From a bacterium (GTDB lineage Bacteria > Zhuqueibacterota > Zhuqueibacteria > Residuimicrobiales > Krinioviventaceae): a stretch of 64,000 nt of DNA. Position 1 is the stretch's first letter. Each line of letters starts with the position of its first letter. The position numbers and the translations under genes were made by a program. Shown piece by piece: positions 8,941-19,101 of this stretch. The stretch covers positions 320,001-384,000 of the forward strand of contig CAXXFV010000027.1 in assembly GCA_963674595.2 (NCBI GenBank), in the 5' to 3' direction. Below the pieces are notes generated by a model that was given only the letters and a program-made list of their open reading frames with translations, did no database searches and was not told the origin of the DNA.

Positions 8941-9993
8941 TTATTTTTTTGATTGCATATTAAGCTGGCGTTCTGCGTTGATAAAAGGACGAAGCCAAGA
9001 AAATAATTCACAAAACCCCAAATGTTTCGGAATTGGGAATTTTTCAACAGATTTACCTAAAATGGTTGGACAGTAAAGAGCTTCGCAGCTTCTCCGTGGA
9101 TGGTTTGCAATATGAGATTTGTAGAAATTATCATAAACTAAAAAGTGTTGACTTGGAATAAAAGGTTTCCATTGTTGGTAAATTAAATTCTCCGTTTTAA
9201 TATCAATAAATTCGGTTGTTCCAAGCTGCCGCTTACTTATAGCTTTCCATGCCTTTTCCATAAAATCAACCGCTTTTTGATCACTAGTTGGAGCACCATA
9301 ACCAAATATGGTGATGGTGAAGGCTTTACTTAAAAAATATTCTAAACACTCCCATTGTGTTTTTAAAAAATCATCCCCATAATTTTTTGAAGCAATAGGA
9401 TATAAAAGTTTTGTCGGTATAAAAGTTCTTTCACAGTCGGGACAAAACATTTCTTTCCGCCCCCAACAACCATGATCTCTGCAATAACCAATCCTTACAC
9501 TTCCATGAAGATGTAATATCGTAGGGATTGGTACACCTTCCTCTTGAATTCTTTCCCAAGCATCAAATAAAAATGGATCCCAATTAAAAGTAGCTATTAC
9601 ATCTTTTTCCCTAAGAGAAAGTAACAAGTGGTCATATAATGTAGGTTCCTCTGGTATTTCAAGGTTATCAAAATAATTATATATTTTTTTTTTGATTATT
9701 TTTAAAATTTTTGATTCTGAATTCAGATTATATAATTTATCATATAACATTTCAAAATTTTTATTGTCAAATTCTATATTTTTTTCTTTTAAAAATGGCT
9801 GTAATCCGACGATTTCTATTAAATCATCCATAACTGGCAACATTTTACCCTTTGCGTCACCATGTGGAAATGCTTGTTTGCTGGCCCCTGCTCCCAATAT
9901 AACAACATGTGGTTTTAATTTATGAGGTTCATTTATTAACTGTTCACCTTTAACCATCGATTGATTTTCATCTGAGTAATAGTATTGTTTCAT
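8941..9993 (-). CDS. SIR2-like (SIR2_2) domain protein, solitary; candidate defence NADase
   Basis: VVILGAGAS, ATFNWD, LHLHGS, IFGYG motifs; CxxH...CxxC insert; visibly more AT-rich than its neighbours. Confidence 0.7.
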   Translation of the reverse strand: MKQYYYSDENQSMVKGEQLINEPHKLKPHVVILGAGASKQAFPHGDAKGKMLPVMDDLIEIVGLQPFLKEKNIEFDNKNFEMLYDKLYNLNSESKILKIIKKKIYNYFDNLEIPEEPTLYDHLLLSLREKDVIATFNWDPFLFDAWERIQEEGVPIPTILHLHGSVRIGYCRDHGCWGRKEMFCPDCERTFIPTKLLYPIASKNYGDDFLKTQWECLEYFLSKAFTITIFGYGAPTSDQKAVDFMEKAWKAISKRQLGTTEFIDIKTENLIYQQWKPFIPSQHFLVYDNFYKSHIANHPRRSCEALYCPTILGKSVEKFPIPKHLGFCELFSWLRPFINAERQLNMQSKK

Positions 9994-10082
9994 AATAATT
10001 AGGCCTTAAACATTTTTTTAATAAATACTTTAAGAGCAAATTTCCTATTTATAAATAGTGATGAACAGTTATGTAACTAATT

Positions 10083-12035
10083 TTACCTCACCAGCATCAA
10101 CTTGACGGTTTTGTTAAAATCATTCGCCTGCATTCGGCACAGGTAAATGCCGCTTGCTACAGAACGGCCCTGTTCATCAGTGGCGTCCCATTGAACCGAA
10201 TGAGAACCAGCCTGCTGCAAATTATTATACAGGACTTTAACCGTACGTCCCAGGATGTCGTAAACCGTAATAGAAACTTGAGCGGTTGTCGTCATGTCAT
10301 AAATTAGTTCTGTAACCGGATTAAATGGATTGGGATAATTTTGATAAAGCTGCCAGGTAAAATTTTTCGACAGGCTATTTTGTGGAACAAAAGAACCTCC
10401 CTCCTGTCTAAAAAAATAAAGTCCGCCGCATGATTCACCTATAAACAGGTCCAGGTCGCCATCGTTGTTCACATCAACAAAAGCGGGTTTCAACTCTCGT
10501 CCCCGTTCAACATTAATAAAATTATCAGTAACAAGCGCAAAATTATAAGAGCCGATAGATTCCTGTTCGTAGTGTAATATTGTACTGCCGGCGTGCCCGA
10601 TAATCAAATCCAACAGCCCATCACTATCAAGGTCCGCAATAAATGGTACGGAATAATATTGACCGACATATATATCATTAAAACTTGCGGAAACCTGGTG
10701 AAAAGATGTTGATCCTGTGCCGTTTTGTTCCCAATGCTCAAGTGTTCCGTCATATTCGCCGATAATTAAATCCAACAGCCCATCATTATCAAGGTCCGCA
10801 AAACAGGGTGCGGCGTTATCACCAACATCAATATTGCTAAAACGGTCCGTAACCAATGTAAATTCATCAGAGCCGCTAAAGGTTTGTTCATAATAATAAA
10901 GATAACCATCATCATTACCGACAATCAAATCGAATAAACCATCATTGTCCAGATTAGTAATACAGGGAGTTGCACTTTTACCCACCTCAATATCGTTAAA
11001 AGATTCCGTTACAAAATCAAAAGATTCCGAGTCCATATCGTTTTGTTCAAAGTACCATAATGTACCGTCATAATCTCCAACAATCATGTCCCAGTAACCG
11101 TCATTGTTCAAATCAGTAAAACAGGGGGCAGAATCGTAACCAATATTAAAGACATTTAAAAAATTCTCAGAAAGTAAAGAAAAGGTTGTGGAATTGACTT
11201 GTTGTTGTTTATAATGGTATAAATTTCCTTTCATTTCACCGACAATCAAATCCAGTATTCCATCATGATCAAAATCTGTAAATCTTGGTGCGGAATTACC
11301 TCCCACATCTATATTGCTAAAGGGGTGTTCTGCCAGTGAAAAAGTCAATGCATTGAGAGAATCCTGTTCATAGTGGTCAAGGTAACCCGGATTTCTTCCG
11401 GTGAGCATATCATACAGACCATCGTGGTCAAAGTCAGCAAAACAGATTGTTCCGAAAAATCCGGCATTGATACCGCTAAAATTGGCAGAAACCAATGTAA
11501 ATACCTGCGGATCACTTGACTGTTTGTAATGAAAAATAGTACCATTCTGAGAAGAAATAATCAAATCCAAAAAACCGTCATGGTCCAGATCCAGAAATGC
11601 AGGTACGGATTTATCCTGAATATCAATGTTGTTAAAGAATTCTGTAATGAGTACAAACTCATAGGAGCCAACACTTGTTTGTTCATAATGATTGAGGTTA
11701 CCGTCCTGTTCACCGATAATGAGGTCAAGCAGTCCGTCACTATCCAAATCAGTAAAAACAGGCGCCGCAAAAATACCAACACGAATATCATTAAAACTTT
11801 GTGAAATCAGAGTAAACTGTGATGAATTTACAGAACTTTGCTCATAGTGATTCAAGGTGCCGTCGTATTCGCCAATAATTAAATCAAGCAGATTATCCTG
11901 ATCAATATCTATAAAAAATGGTTTGCTGTCTTTGAGTCCCTGGCCCCAGCCGTAATCGAAAATCTCTGTAAAAGTTTGTGAACCGGCTAATAAAGGAAAA
12001 CAAAAAATCAGCGCCGTCAATATACATTTTTTCAT
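10083..12035 (-). CDS. Secreted FG-GAP/VCBS-repeat protein with T9SS-type C-terminal sorting domain
   Basis: Signal peptide MKKCILTALIFCFPLLAGS (ATG 12035, SD GAGAGGG); ten ~53-aa PxFxDxDxDGxxDLIIG repeats; C-terminal LYQNYPNPFNPVT...SGIYLCRM. Confidence 0.88.
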   Translation of the reverse strand: MKKCILTALIFCFPLLAGSQTFTEIFDYGWGQGLKDSKPFFIDIDQDNLLDLIIGEYDGTLNHYEQSSVNSSQFTLISQSFNDIRVGIFAAPVFTDLDSDGLLDLIIGEQDGNLNHYEQTSVGSYEFVLITEFFNNIDIQDKSVPAFLDLDHDGFLDLIISSQNGTIFHYKQSSDPQVFTLVSANFSGINAGFFGTICFADFDHDGLYDMLTGRNPGYLDHYEQDSLNALTFSLAEHPFSNIDVGGNSAPRFTDFDHDGILDLIVGEMKGNLYHYKQQQVNSTTFSLLSENFLNVFNIGYDSAPCFTDLNNDGYWDMIVGDYDGTLWYFEQNDMDSESFDFVTESFNDIEVGKSATPCITNLDNDGLFDLIVGNDDGYLYYYEQTFSGSDEFTLVTDRFSNIDVGDNAAPCFADLDNDGLLDLIIGEYDGTLEHWEQNGTGSTSFHQVSASFNDIYVGQYYSVPFIADLDSDGLLDLIIGHAGSTILHYEQESIGSYNFALVTDNFINVERGRELKPAFVDVNNDGDLDLFIGESCGGLYFFRQEGGSFVPQNSLSKNFTWQLYQNYPNPFNPVTELIYDMTTTAQVSITVYDILGRTVKVLYNNLQQAGSHSVQWDATDEQGRSVASGIYLCRMQANDFNKTVKLMLVR

Positions 12036-12237
12036 CGTGATGGCCCTCTCTGTATTTATAGTAAATAAAGTCAAAAATTGAAAGTGGGAATTGTTAAATA
12101 AATTATCAGCGTACTTTATATTCCCGGAAACAGCAGAAATGTGTTGATAACTTGTATGCAAGCCTTACCTCGTATATTGAGATAAATCCCGAGATATTAA
12201 TCATCAGCTCAACGTAAAACCTTGAACCAATATGTGA

Positions 12238-12266
12238 ATAATACAAAATAAAGGTGCGGCGCGCAA
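12238..12266 (-). promoter_or_regulatory. Sigma70-type promoter TTGCGC-N17-TATTAT for the FG-GAP gene
   Basis: Minus strand -35 TTGCGC (12261-12266), 17-nt spacer, -10 TATTAT (12238-12243), just downstream of a terminator. Confidence 0.5.
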
Positions 12267-12330
12267 GTTGTTTTTAAGGAAATGTGATGGCCTGCCACTG
12301 AAGTTTATGAGTGAATAACGATTTTAGAAT

Positions 12331-12382
12331 AAATAAAAAGCCGTCAAATTCACCGGAACAATTATTCTATGAACTTGACGGC
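12331..12382 (-). terminator. Rho-independent terminator closing the glycan cluster
   Basis: Minus strand GCCGTCAAGTTCA...TGAATTTGACGGC followed by TTTTTATTT, ~20 nt after the stop at 12404. Confidence 0.75.
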
Positions 12383-12403
12383 CCAAATAAAAAACGAATA
12401 AAT

Positions 12404-13531
12404 TTAAGGACCTATCAATTTCGTGCTTGTAGGTTTGTGTTTGAGAATTTTATCAAGGAATTGATAACTCTCACTACGAATTTGAGGTGGAAAGTCATGT
12501 TTGTCTTCCGGATATCGTACCTGAAGGTTTTGTTCCGCATTATACAGGGTGTAAACTTTATTAGCTTCTTTAATTGCCAATTTAACACCATTTACATCAA
12601 AGTTGTTATCGTGAATGGGTGAATTTGAAAAAAAAGCACGGGGGGCCAGTGCGCCAACAATTTCATAAAAGTCAAAGGGGACCTTGTCCGGATCCAGATT
12701 ATAAATATCTTTTAATCGCGGCATATACTTGTCTGATGTCCAGCCTTTAATGTTGCCATCAAAATAATTATGAAAGGGCGTCCAACCGCAGCTTGAGACG
12801 ATAGCCTTGAGTCGCTGATCAAAAACACCAACAAACATGCTGTTATGTCCGCCAAGAGAATGGCCGATAACACCAAGTCTGTTTTCATCTACAAATTCAA
12901 GTGAACATAAATAATCAACGCAGCGTATATGGTTATAAATGCCTTTCATGGTACCGGACACATATTTATCTGTGGAAAAATTATAGGTTGAATCATCACC
13001 AAATGAGGGATAATCCGGGATTATCACGGCATAACCTCTTTCGGCAAGTTCCAATCCATAGGATCGATTCTTTCGTTTTGTTAATCCGGCGGAATCTCCT
13101 TTGCCTTTTTCATGTGTCGGATGACACACCAAAATGCCGGCTACTTTTTCATTGGCTCGATGACCTGCCGGGACGAACAGATAGGCATATAACCGATGGC
13201 CGGGTTCGACTTGCAGTGAAATTTTGCGGCGTTCAAAAAAGTCCGTTTTAAAAGTTTCATGCACTTTAACATCAAGATCAGCACTATTTTCATTGAAATC
13301 CGGTAAAGGTCCCATAGCTTGCTGCATGCCCTGTAAAATCAATTCCCTTCGTTTTTCCCAGTCCTTAACAGATTTTACAGGGTGTTCGTTACCGTTATTG
13401 TCATAATAAACCATCAGATTTTTATGGTTAATATTTAAAGGGATTTTGGGGGTGTGATTTTTTGAACAGGACATGATACATACTAAAAGAGCAAAACATG
13501 TCACTGTTGATAAAATCAAGGCTTTTTTCAT
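12404..13531 (-). CDS. Alpha/beta-hydrolase lipoprotein (dienelactone hydrolase / carbohydrate esterase-like)
   Basis: GHSLGG nucleophile elbow, LAERGYAVIIPDY, LAPRAF, C-terminal HDF; start MKKALIL at 13531 with GAGGAG SD; MSC lipobox-like. Confidence 0.82.
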   Translation of the reverse strand: MKKALILSTVTCFALLVCIMSCSKNHTPKIPLNINHKNLMVYYDNNGNEHPVKSVKDWEKRRELILQGMQQAMGPLPDFNENSADLDVKVHETFKTDFFERRKISLQVEPGHRLYAYLFVPAGHRANEKVAGILVCHPTHEKGKGDSAGLTKRKNRSYGLELAERGYAVIIPDYPSFGDDSTYNFSTDKYVSGTMKGIYNHIRCVDYLCSLEFVDENRLGVIGHSLGGHNSMFVGVFDQRLKAIVSSCGWTPFHNYFDGNIKGWTSDKYMPRLKDIYNLDPDKVPFDFYEIVGALAPRAFFSNSPIHDNNFDVNGVKLAIKEANKVYTLYNAEQNLQVRYPEDKHDFPPQIRSESYQFLDKILKHKPTSTKLIGP

Positions 13532-13571
13532 AAAACAGGGTCTCCTCAGGTTCGTATATAATTTAAAAAAA

Positions 13572-14864
13572 TTATTCGGCAACATTTCCAAAAATTTGTA
13601 CATCTCCTTTTGATTTATTAACTACATTCAATCCTCCTCCTTCAACACTGTTGCCCATAATAACAGCCGACCTGACGTTTTCACCCAAATAAATATGAGC
13701 ATTTGGTTTATTGCCGTTGTCTTGAAAGCGGCAATTCATAATTTGCAGCGTTCCGTCAAGCATTTCGATAAACGGAATTTCCGGTTTCCAGTGACATTCG
13801 ATCCAATTTTTGGCGTTAAAATTACAGGCTGTTAAATAAACCGTTCCCTTGCCCTTGTTTATAATGTGTGTTCCGCCCAGGGATTCAGCCCAGCCCCAGA
13901 AACCGCAGTTTGATAATTTAACAGGGCCCCTGTTTTCTTTTTCGATCAATATACCATCCATAAACTGACAGTTTTGAAAAGCGATGCCGGCGTGATATTG
14001 CGTTTTTTCGACAATCACAGCCAGCGGCCCAACGTCTGACCCGCTCTGGATTATTAAAATATTAGCCTGCGGATCATTACCAACCGGATCACCTTTTGTT
14101 TCGATGAAACGAAATCCGACCTTGGCCCAAATGACAAAACAATTCGTCATATACTGCCAGTCACACCGACCGATGATAAATCCTTCGAGATTGTTTACAC
14201 AATATTGATGCAGTGTTTCTTCTTTCCCATTCAGCAAGTGGAACCAACTGGCGGGATGGATATGTATATTCTCCATTCGGCCTATATCAACAGTCCGGTC
14301 CACATAAACGCCCTTGTGCAATGCACACATGTGAATATTTCTCAGGTAATCCTGCCCGTGGTATACTGAACCGCAATCGATACCATTATAGGTATTAACG
14401 ATATCCAGATTTATGATGTTACATCTGTTGCCTATAATCTGAATCGTCCAGGGATAGGGCCTTACATCTGTTATTGTCTGTTCGGGATAATAAATCGAAA
14501 GACCTTTCAAGGTACTGTTATGATTCATGGTAATAAATGGGGTGCTGTTTTCGTCATCTCTTCCGGCATAGGCCATAAACAAAGTTCCCTTTTCAAGACT
14601 GTTTGTGGTTGGGCCTTCGGCATTTCCTTTTAAAGCAACGCCTTCGGGAATAGTAAGCGTACTATCAAACCGATATTGTCCGGGTGGAACAAAAACGACC
14701 TCACCCTTTTCAGATGCTTTATCCATAACTGTTTGAAAGACCTTTGTATTGTCTGTTTTGCCATCCGGGACGGCACCAAAATCGAGTACATTTAATTGTG
14801 CACTCTCCGCAAACACCAAACCGGAAAGACACAACACCATAAAAAATCCGATAATTGATTTCAT
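13572..14864 (-). CDS. Secreted parallel beta-helix protein (pectate_lyase_3 / GH28-related N-terminus), copy 1
   Basis: NVLDFGAVPDGKTDNTKVFQ...VFVPPGQYRF; signal peptide from ATG 14864; paralogue of 61686..62990. Confidence 0.8.
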   Translation of the reverse strand: MKSIIGFFMVLCLSGLVFAESAQLNVLDFGAVPDGKTDNTKVFQTVMDKASEKGEVVFVPPGQYRFDSTLTIPEGVALKGNAEGPTTNSLEKGTLFMAYAGRDDENSTPFITMNHNSTLKGLSIYYPEQTITDVRPYPWTIQIIGNRCNIINLDIVNTYNGIDCGSVYHGQDYLRNIHMCALHKGVYVDRTVDIGRMENIHIHPASWFHLLNGKEETLHQYCVNNLEGFIIGRCDWQYMTNCFVIWAKVGFRFIETKGDPVGNDPQANILIIQSGSDVGPLAVIVEKTQYHAGIAFQNCQFMDGILIEKENRGPVKLSNCGFWGWAESLGGTHIINKGKGTVYLTACNFNAKNWIECHWKPEIPFIEMLDGTLQIMNCRFQDNGNKPNAHIYLGENVRSAVIMGNSVEGGGLNVVNKSKGDVQIFGNVAE

Positions 14865-14918
14865 GAGACAATTCCTTAAATTAAATATTCTAAAAAAACG
14901 TGGTTGCATAATTTTCTA

Positions 14919-16565
14919 TTATTTTACGACAAACTCTATCTCGGAGACATTTTGCCAGCGATACCATTTAAATTCATTTTGGGTAAAAAATCTAACAGCG
15001 AGTTGTGGAATTTCACCGTTTGAATACAATTTAAAAATGATTTTATCATCCTTTTTTACAAAACGAATATCAGCAGTGACCAGACCGTTTTCGGTATAAA
15101 CAGGCCAATTTGTAACGTTATAGCCGATCCATGAAGGCGGCACTCTGGGAATGATTTTCACTTTATTGTTCGATAAATCATCAACACCGACAAATAAACG
15201 CGCAACCTTGAGGGGTTCCGTTACATTGACAAGATTCAAAGCGCCGCAGCCCTGTTCCAGGTCCATTTTTCCGACTATATCCGGGGAATAGTAACGTTCA
15301 TAAAAATAGTAAGGAGAATCACGGTCCAGTTCATGATATTCAGCAATGGGTGAATAAGTTGCGCCGGCAAGCCATTGAACCGATTTATCAACCATATCCA
15401 TTTTATCAAGCAACAGCATCGCTTGCAGGGCATAACCATCACCATAGGAAGGACCTGATGACATGCCCTCCCGAAACTCATCAAATTGCGACCAGATACC
15501 ATATTTATCGAATTGTTGTTTTCGCAATGGGAATGAATACAGTTTTTCAAGAGTATTTTGTCCGATTTTAACACCTGCCCAGTTTGACATAAGAGGTTCA
15601 AAGCCGGTCACATCGGCCAGCATGGAAACAACACCATTTAATCCGCCGAATCCCTTATTAATAGGATCATTAATAATATTCTCATCCGGCAGCATCGTCT
15701 TTGGATCGATACACCATATCCATGTGCTGTCATCATCTACCAGATATTTGAGCATGTTTTCATTAATTTTTTCCACATCATTCATATAAATTTCATAGGA
15801 TTCCAAATTGCCGGCTTGTTTTTCCAAATCCGCTCCGGCGATCAGGGCAAGCCTTACCAGATTATTTTGCACAACGTTATACCAGTCACCCGCTATACCG
15901 CACCCCCCTCCAAATTCGCCGCTTCCTTCAATAAGGGGCTGAGGCAACAATTTTTGATGAATGTATAAAAGAGGTGAAGCGTGCTGATGTAAAAACTGAT
16001 AGATTTGATTTTTATAATAATTGTTCTCAGGCAGCCTCTTCCACAAATGGACCATTCCGATGATAACTGCCGCTGTTCCGTCCAGTTCTTTGCCGGAACC
16101 GGGGTTTGTCTTTTTAAAATATTCAGGAAAGGTATAAAATCCCTCATCATTTTTTTCTACCAATTGAATCAAACAATCCGTCAATAAACAGGCATGATTA
16201 AGATACCCCCAGAATACCAGTTCACGCAAAAAAGTGCCGCCGTCACGGGACCACATGGTATCATCCCAGGGGCGCCCGTCAATTGAAGCTGTTATATAAC
16301 CGGGCATAAACTCTTTGTAATTTTTTTTATAATTCTTTTGCAAAACTCCTTTAAAAGATTCACGGACCTCTTTAGTAAAAAGTTCGGCTGATTCAGCGCC
16401 CAAAAATTGAATTTCCCCGGGATTGTCCTGTTCCAGAAAACTTTCAACCTGCGCAACAGAAAGTCTCTTTGTATTTAAAGAATCAGCGGCTTGAGAATTT
16501 TTAAACAGGACCATTCCGGAAAAAAATACAAGCAGACAAAGGCAAAAAACAATATATTTATTCAT
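14919..16565 (-). CDS. Secreted (alpha/alpha)6 six-hairpin glycosidase-like protein, family unclear
   Basis: Signal peptide; MWSRDGG, ELDGTA, YFYERY motifs; C-terminal IIPRVPPSW beta-sandwich. Confidence 0.6.
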   Translation of the reverse strand: MNKYIVFCLCLLVFFSGMVLFKNSQAADSLNTKRLSVAQVESFLEQDNPGEIQFLGAESAELFTKEVRESFKGVLQKNYKKNYKEFMPGYITASIDGRPWDDTMWSRDGGTFLRELVFWGYLNHACLLTDCLIQLVEKNDEGFYTFPEYFKKTNPGSGKELDGTAAVIIGMVHLWKRLPENNYYKNQIYQFLHQHASPLLYIHQKLLPQPLIEGSGEFGGGCGIAGDWYNVVQNNLVRLALIAGADLEKQAGNLESYEIYMNDVEKINENMLKYLVDDDSTWIWCIDPKTMLPDENIINDPINKGFGGLNGVVSMLADVTGFEPLMSNWAGVKIGQNTLEKLYSFPLRKQQFDKYGIWSQFDEFREGMSSGPSYGDGYALQAMLLLDKMDMVDKSVQWLAGATYSPIAEYHELDRDSPYYFYERYYSPDIVGKMDLEQGCGALNLVNVTEPLKVARLFVGVDDLSNNKVKIIPRVPPSWIGYNVTNWPVYTENGLVTADIRFVKKDDKIIFKLYSNGEIPQLAVRFFTQNEFKWYRWQNVSEIEFVVK

Positions 16566-16645
16566 TTTTCGCTCCCTTGAATTTTAATACAGCTTATAAA
16601 AAGGGTCTTTATAATCAATCAAGTATAAATAATTATATTATATTC

Positions 16646-17536
16646 TCAGTTGCAATAATCGTGAATGATCCTTGCCAGAATATCGGGCCGGTTTGATAGA
16701 ATACCATCAACTCCCATATTCAGCAATCTTTTCATTTCAGTAGAATCATTTATTGTCCAAACATATACCTGCTGTCCCATAGAATGCGCTGCATTCACAA
16801 ATGAAGGGGTGACAATTTCAATATTTTTAGCGAGAACAGGTACTTCATAAACATTCGCAACAGGTTTGTGAATTTGAGGTAATTTAAATTTGTTTAATAT
16901 AATAAGCGTCCTGATTTCTTTTTCACCGGCGGTAACAGGTAGTTCCGGAGCATATTCTATAATGTGCTTTAAAACCCGTTCATGAAAACTTGTTAAAAGC
17001 ACCTTTTCCTGCATTTTGTAAGAACGTACAAGATCAATCACTTTTTCAGCAAAATCCGGCAAGTCCGGTTTAATTTCTATGTTAAAATAAACATCAGGAA
17101 ACCGGCTAAATACAGAATCCAGTGTTGTGATAGTGATCCCTTTTCCGCGAAAAACAGGCTCTGCTTCATTGGCGGGAATAAAATGGTAAGCATAATCAAG
17201 CTGCTGTAATTGAGCCAAAGTCATTTGATCAACCCGTCCTTTAGCGTCACATGTTCGGTCAACCGTATCATCATGCATGACCACAATATAACCGTCTGCC
17301 GTAGGCCTTACATCAAGCTCAACGATATCAACACCAAATTCAACGGCTTTTTCAAAAGCATACATTGAATTTTCCGGCCACAGGTATTGACCTCCCCTGT
17401 GAGCAATATTTAACGGTGTTTTGAGTTCAGGAAAAACCGTGCTGTTTAGAGGTTTATTTATAATAATTCCAACAACTAAAAACGCAACAATAACTGCCAA
17501 CATAATTCCTAAAATATATAAAATCTTGCGTAACAT
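16646..17536 (-). CDS. Glycerophosphodiester phosphodiesterase (GDPD, GlpQ/UgpQ family), membrane-anchored
   Basis: IAHRGG, PENS, VELDV, VVMHD, NIEIK, VWTIND, GVDGILSNRP; N-terminal TM helix. Confidence 0.92.
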   Translation of the reverse strand: MLRKILYILGIMLAVIVAFLVVGIIINKPLNSTVFPELKTPLNIAHRGGQYLWPENSMYAFEKAVEFGVDIVELDVRPTADGYIVVMHDDTVDRTCDAKGRVDQMTLAQLQQLDYAYHFIPANEAEPVFRGKGITITTLDSVFSRFPDVYFNIEIKPDLPDFAEKVIDLVRSYKMQEKVLLTSFHERVLKHIIEYAPELPVTAGEKEIRTLIILNKFKLPQIHKPVANVYEVPVLAKNIEIVTPSFVNAAHSMGQQVYVWTINDSTEMKRLLNMGVDGILSNRPDILARIIHDYCN

Positions 17537-17660
17537 TTACTTCTCCATGATATAAAAATTCCGTACTTGTTATTAACCATGTCTGCTTTGTATTCACAGC
17601 CCCAAAAAAAACGAACCCGAGTAGATGCTAATCAGGGCATATCCCGTTAACATTAACAAC

Positions 17661-19016
17661 TCAAATTCTTTTATCCATTATTTTTAACATAATCAATGTC
17701 GGTTCAACAATGTGTAAATTATTCAAGAATGGTTCGGTGTATTCAATATCACCAAATTCAGCATCATTAAAATGATGTTGTGCGCCGACATGATTGTTCC
17801 AGTCCACACCTTCGGTCAAAAATCCGTACTCGCCATAATGATGTTTGGAAATAGCCTTTAAAATGGAATGAGCTTCATTAAAATACGACTCATCTTTTGT
17901 GTCCCAATAGGCCTCTAAAAATGCCAAAGCAGCTTCTGCATTTTCCCACAAATAAGCCGTATCCCAATTTTTTTCCATAATATAAAGACCCGCACATTGT
18001 ACACCATTTCTATCTGCTTTTATTTTAAACTGTTCCAATCCTTTTAAACATTTATCAAAAGCAAAAGAACGAATTTTATCATCTTTTAACAAAACGGATA
18101 CTTTTCTTAATACCCGGAATGCAACAGAATAGGCGACATTTTCATGTTCATCATATGTATCATGATTGATACTTCCAAAGATGCCCCCATATTTTATAAA
18201 CAGATTCGCTTTTTCACGTATGTGATCACGATAATCGCCAAGTCCTCTTTGTGTCAACTCTGTTAATAATTGCAGGATAAACAGTCCATCGGCACTTTTA
18301 TCAAACAACGGGTCATCTCCTCCTTCAGGGCGTTGGGTAAAATTCGCACCTGAAGGGGTGCTGCGTCGAGGATACCATCCATTGTCAGCCATTTGGACAT
18401 TTTCTATAATCCATGCCGCATTTTTTTGTGCGATTTCCTGCATTTTCGTTTTTCGTTCATGATCCACAAGATCACTAAAAACAAGTAACTGATAGGCAAT
18501 CTTAGCCATGGAACCGACACAAAACCAATTCTTATCATGTGTATAGTTTAAGAAAAAGCTATCAGAATCTACATTTCGATATCCAATAATAAATCCGGTA
18601 CTGTCATTAATAAAACCATCTTGAAGAATATGATCGAGTACAAAAAGTGCTTTATTGACAAGGTTAGAGTCTCCGAAATAATCACCAAAAGAATAAATCT
18701 CAAAAGCTCCGCCAACAGCATTGGCCGCCCAGCCTGGGCCTTCCAGTTTGACAAAAGGATGCCAATCCAAACCAGCAGGAAAATTGCCGTTTGTATCAAC
18801 AAAACTCGATTTACAGCTCAAGTGATCATTGTAAGGCACCAACGTCCGGTCCACTGTAAAACGAATAGATTTGTATGCTGATTGCAAAATACCTGAACTG
18901 TCTTTTTCAGCCAGGTAATAATTTAAATCATTTTTAGTGATATTGTTTGTTCGTTTCTTTGAACAAGCAAAGGAAAATAAAACAAAGAATATTAGAATTA
19001 TACTTTTTTTCCACAT
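17661..19016 (-). CDS. Lipoprotein, probable six-hairpin glycosidase-like fold
   Basis: Lipobox FAC; helical pattern with NGWYPR, YLWENAEAA, GFLTEGVDW. Confidence 0.55.
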   Translation of the reverse strand: MWKKSIILIFFVLFSFACSKKRTNNITKNDLNYYLAEKDSSGILQSAYKSIRFTVDRTLVPYNDHLSCKSSFVDTNGNFPAGLDWHPFVKLEGPGWAANAVGGAFEIYSFGDYFGDSNLVNKALFVLDHILQDGFINDSTGFIIGYRNVDSDSFFLNYTHDKNWFCVGSMAKIAYQLLVFSDLVDHERKTKMQEIAQKNAAWIIENVQMADNGWYPRRSTPSGANFTQRPEGGDDPLFDKSADGLFILQLLTELTQRGLGDYRDHIREKANLFIKYGGIFGSINHDTYDEHENVAYSVAFRVLRKVSVLLKDDKIRSFAFDKCLKGLEQFKIKADRNGVQCAGLYIMEKNWDTAYLWENAEAALAFLEAYWDTKDESYFNEAHSILKAISKHHYGEYGFLTEGVDWNNHVGAQHHFNDAEFGDIEYTEPFLNNLHIVEPTLIMLKIMDKRI

Positions 19017-19101
19017 ATCCGGCTCCTAAAATTTAATGCCGATGATTAATATTCAGACATTTCTTTTGCCAAATTTTTACTATCTAATGTATTTATTGGA
19101 T

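Noticed and set aside
10400-11950. Periodic ~160-bp DNA similarity that could look like a CRISPR array or tandem repeat
   Set aside because: Degenerate in-frame coding repeats of the FG-GAP protein; no identical repeats with unique spacers and no cas genes
12251-12305. AAGGTGC...TAAGGAAA...GCCACTG resembling a cobalamin riboswitch
   Set aside because: Lacks the GGTGnAAnTCC and B12-box elements, wrong orientation, and better explained by the minus-strand promoter
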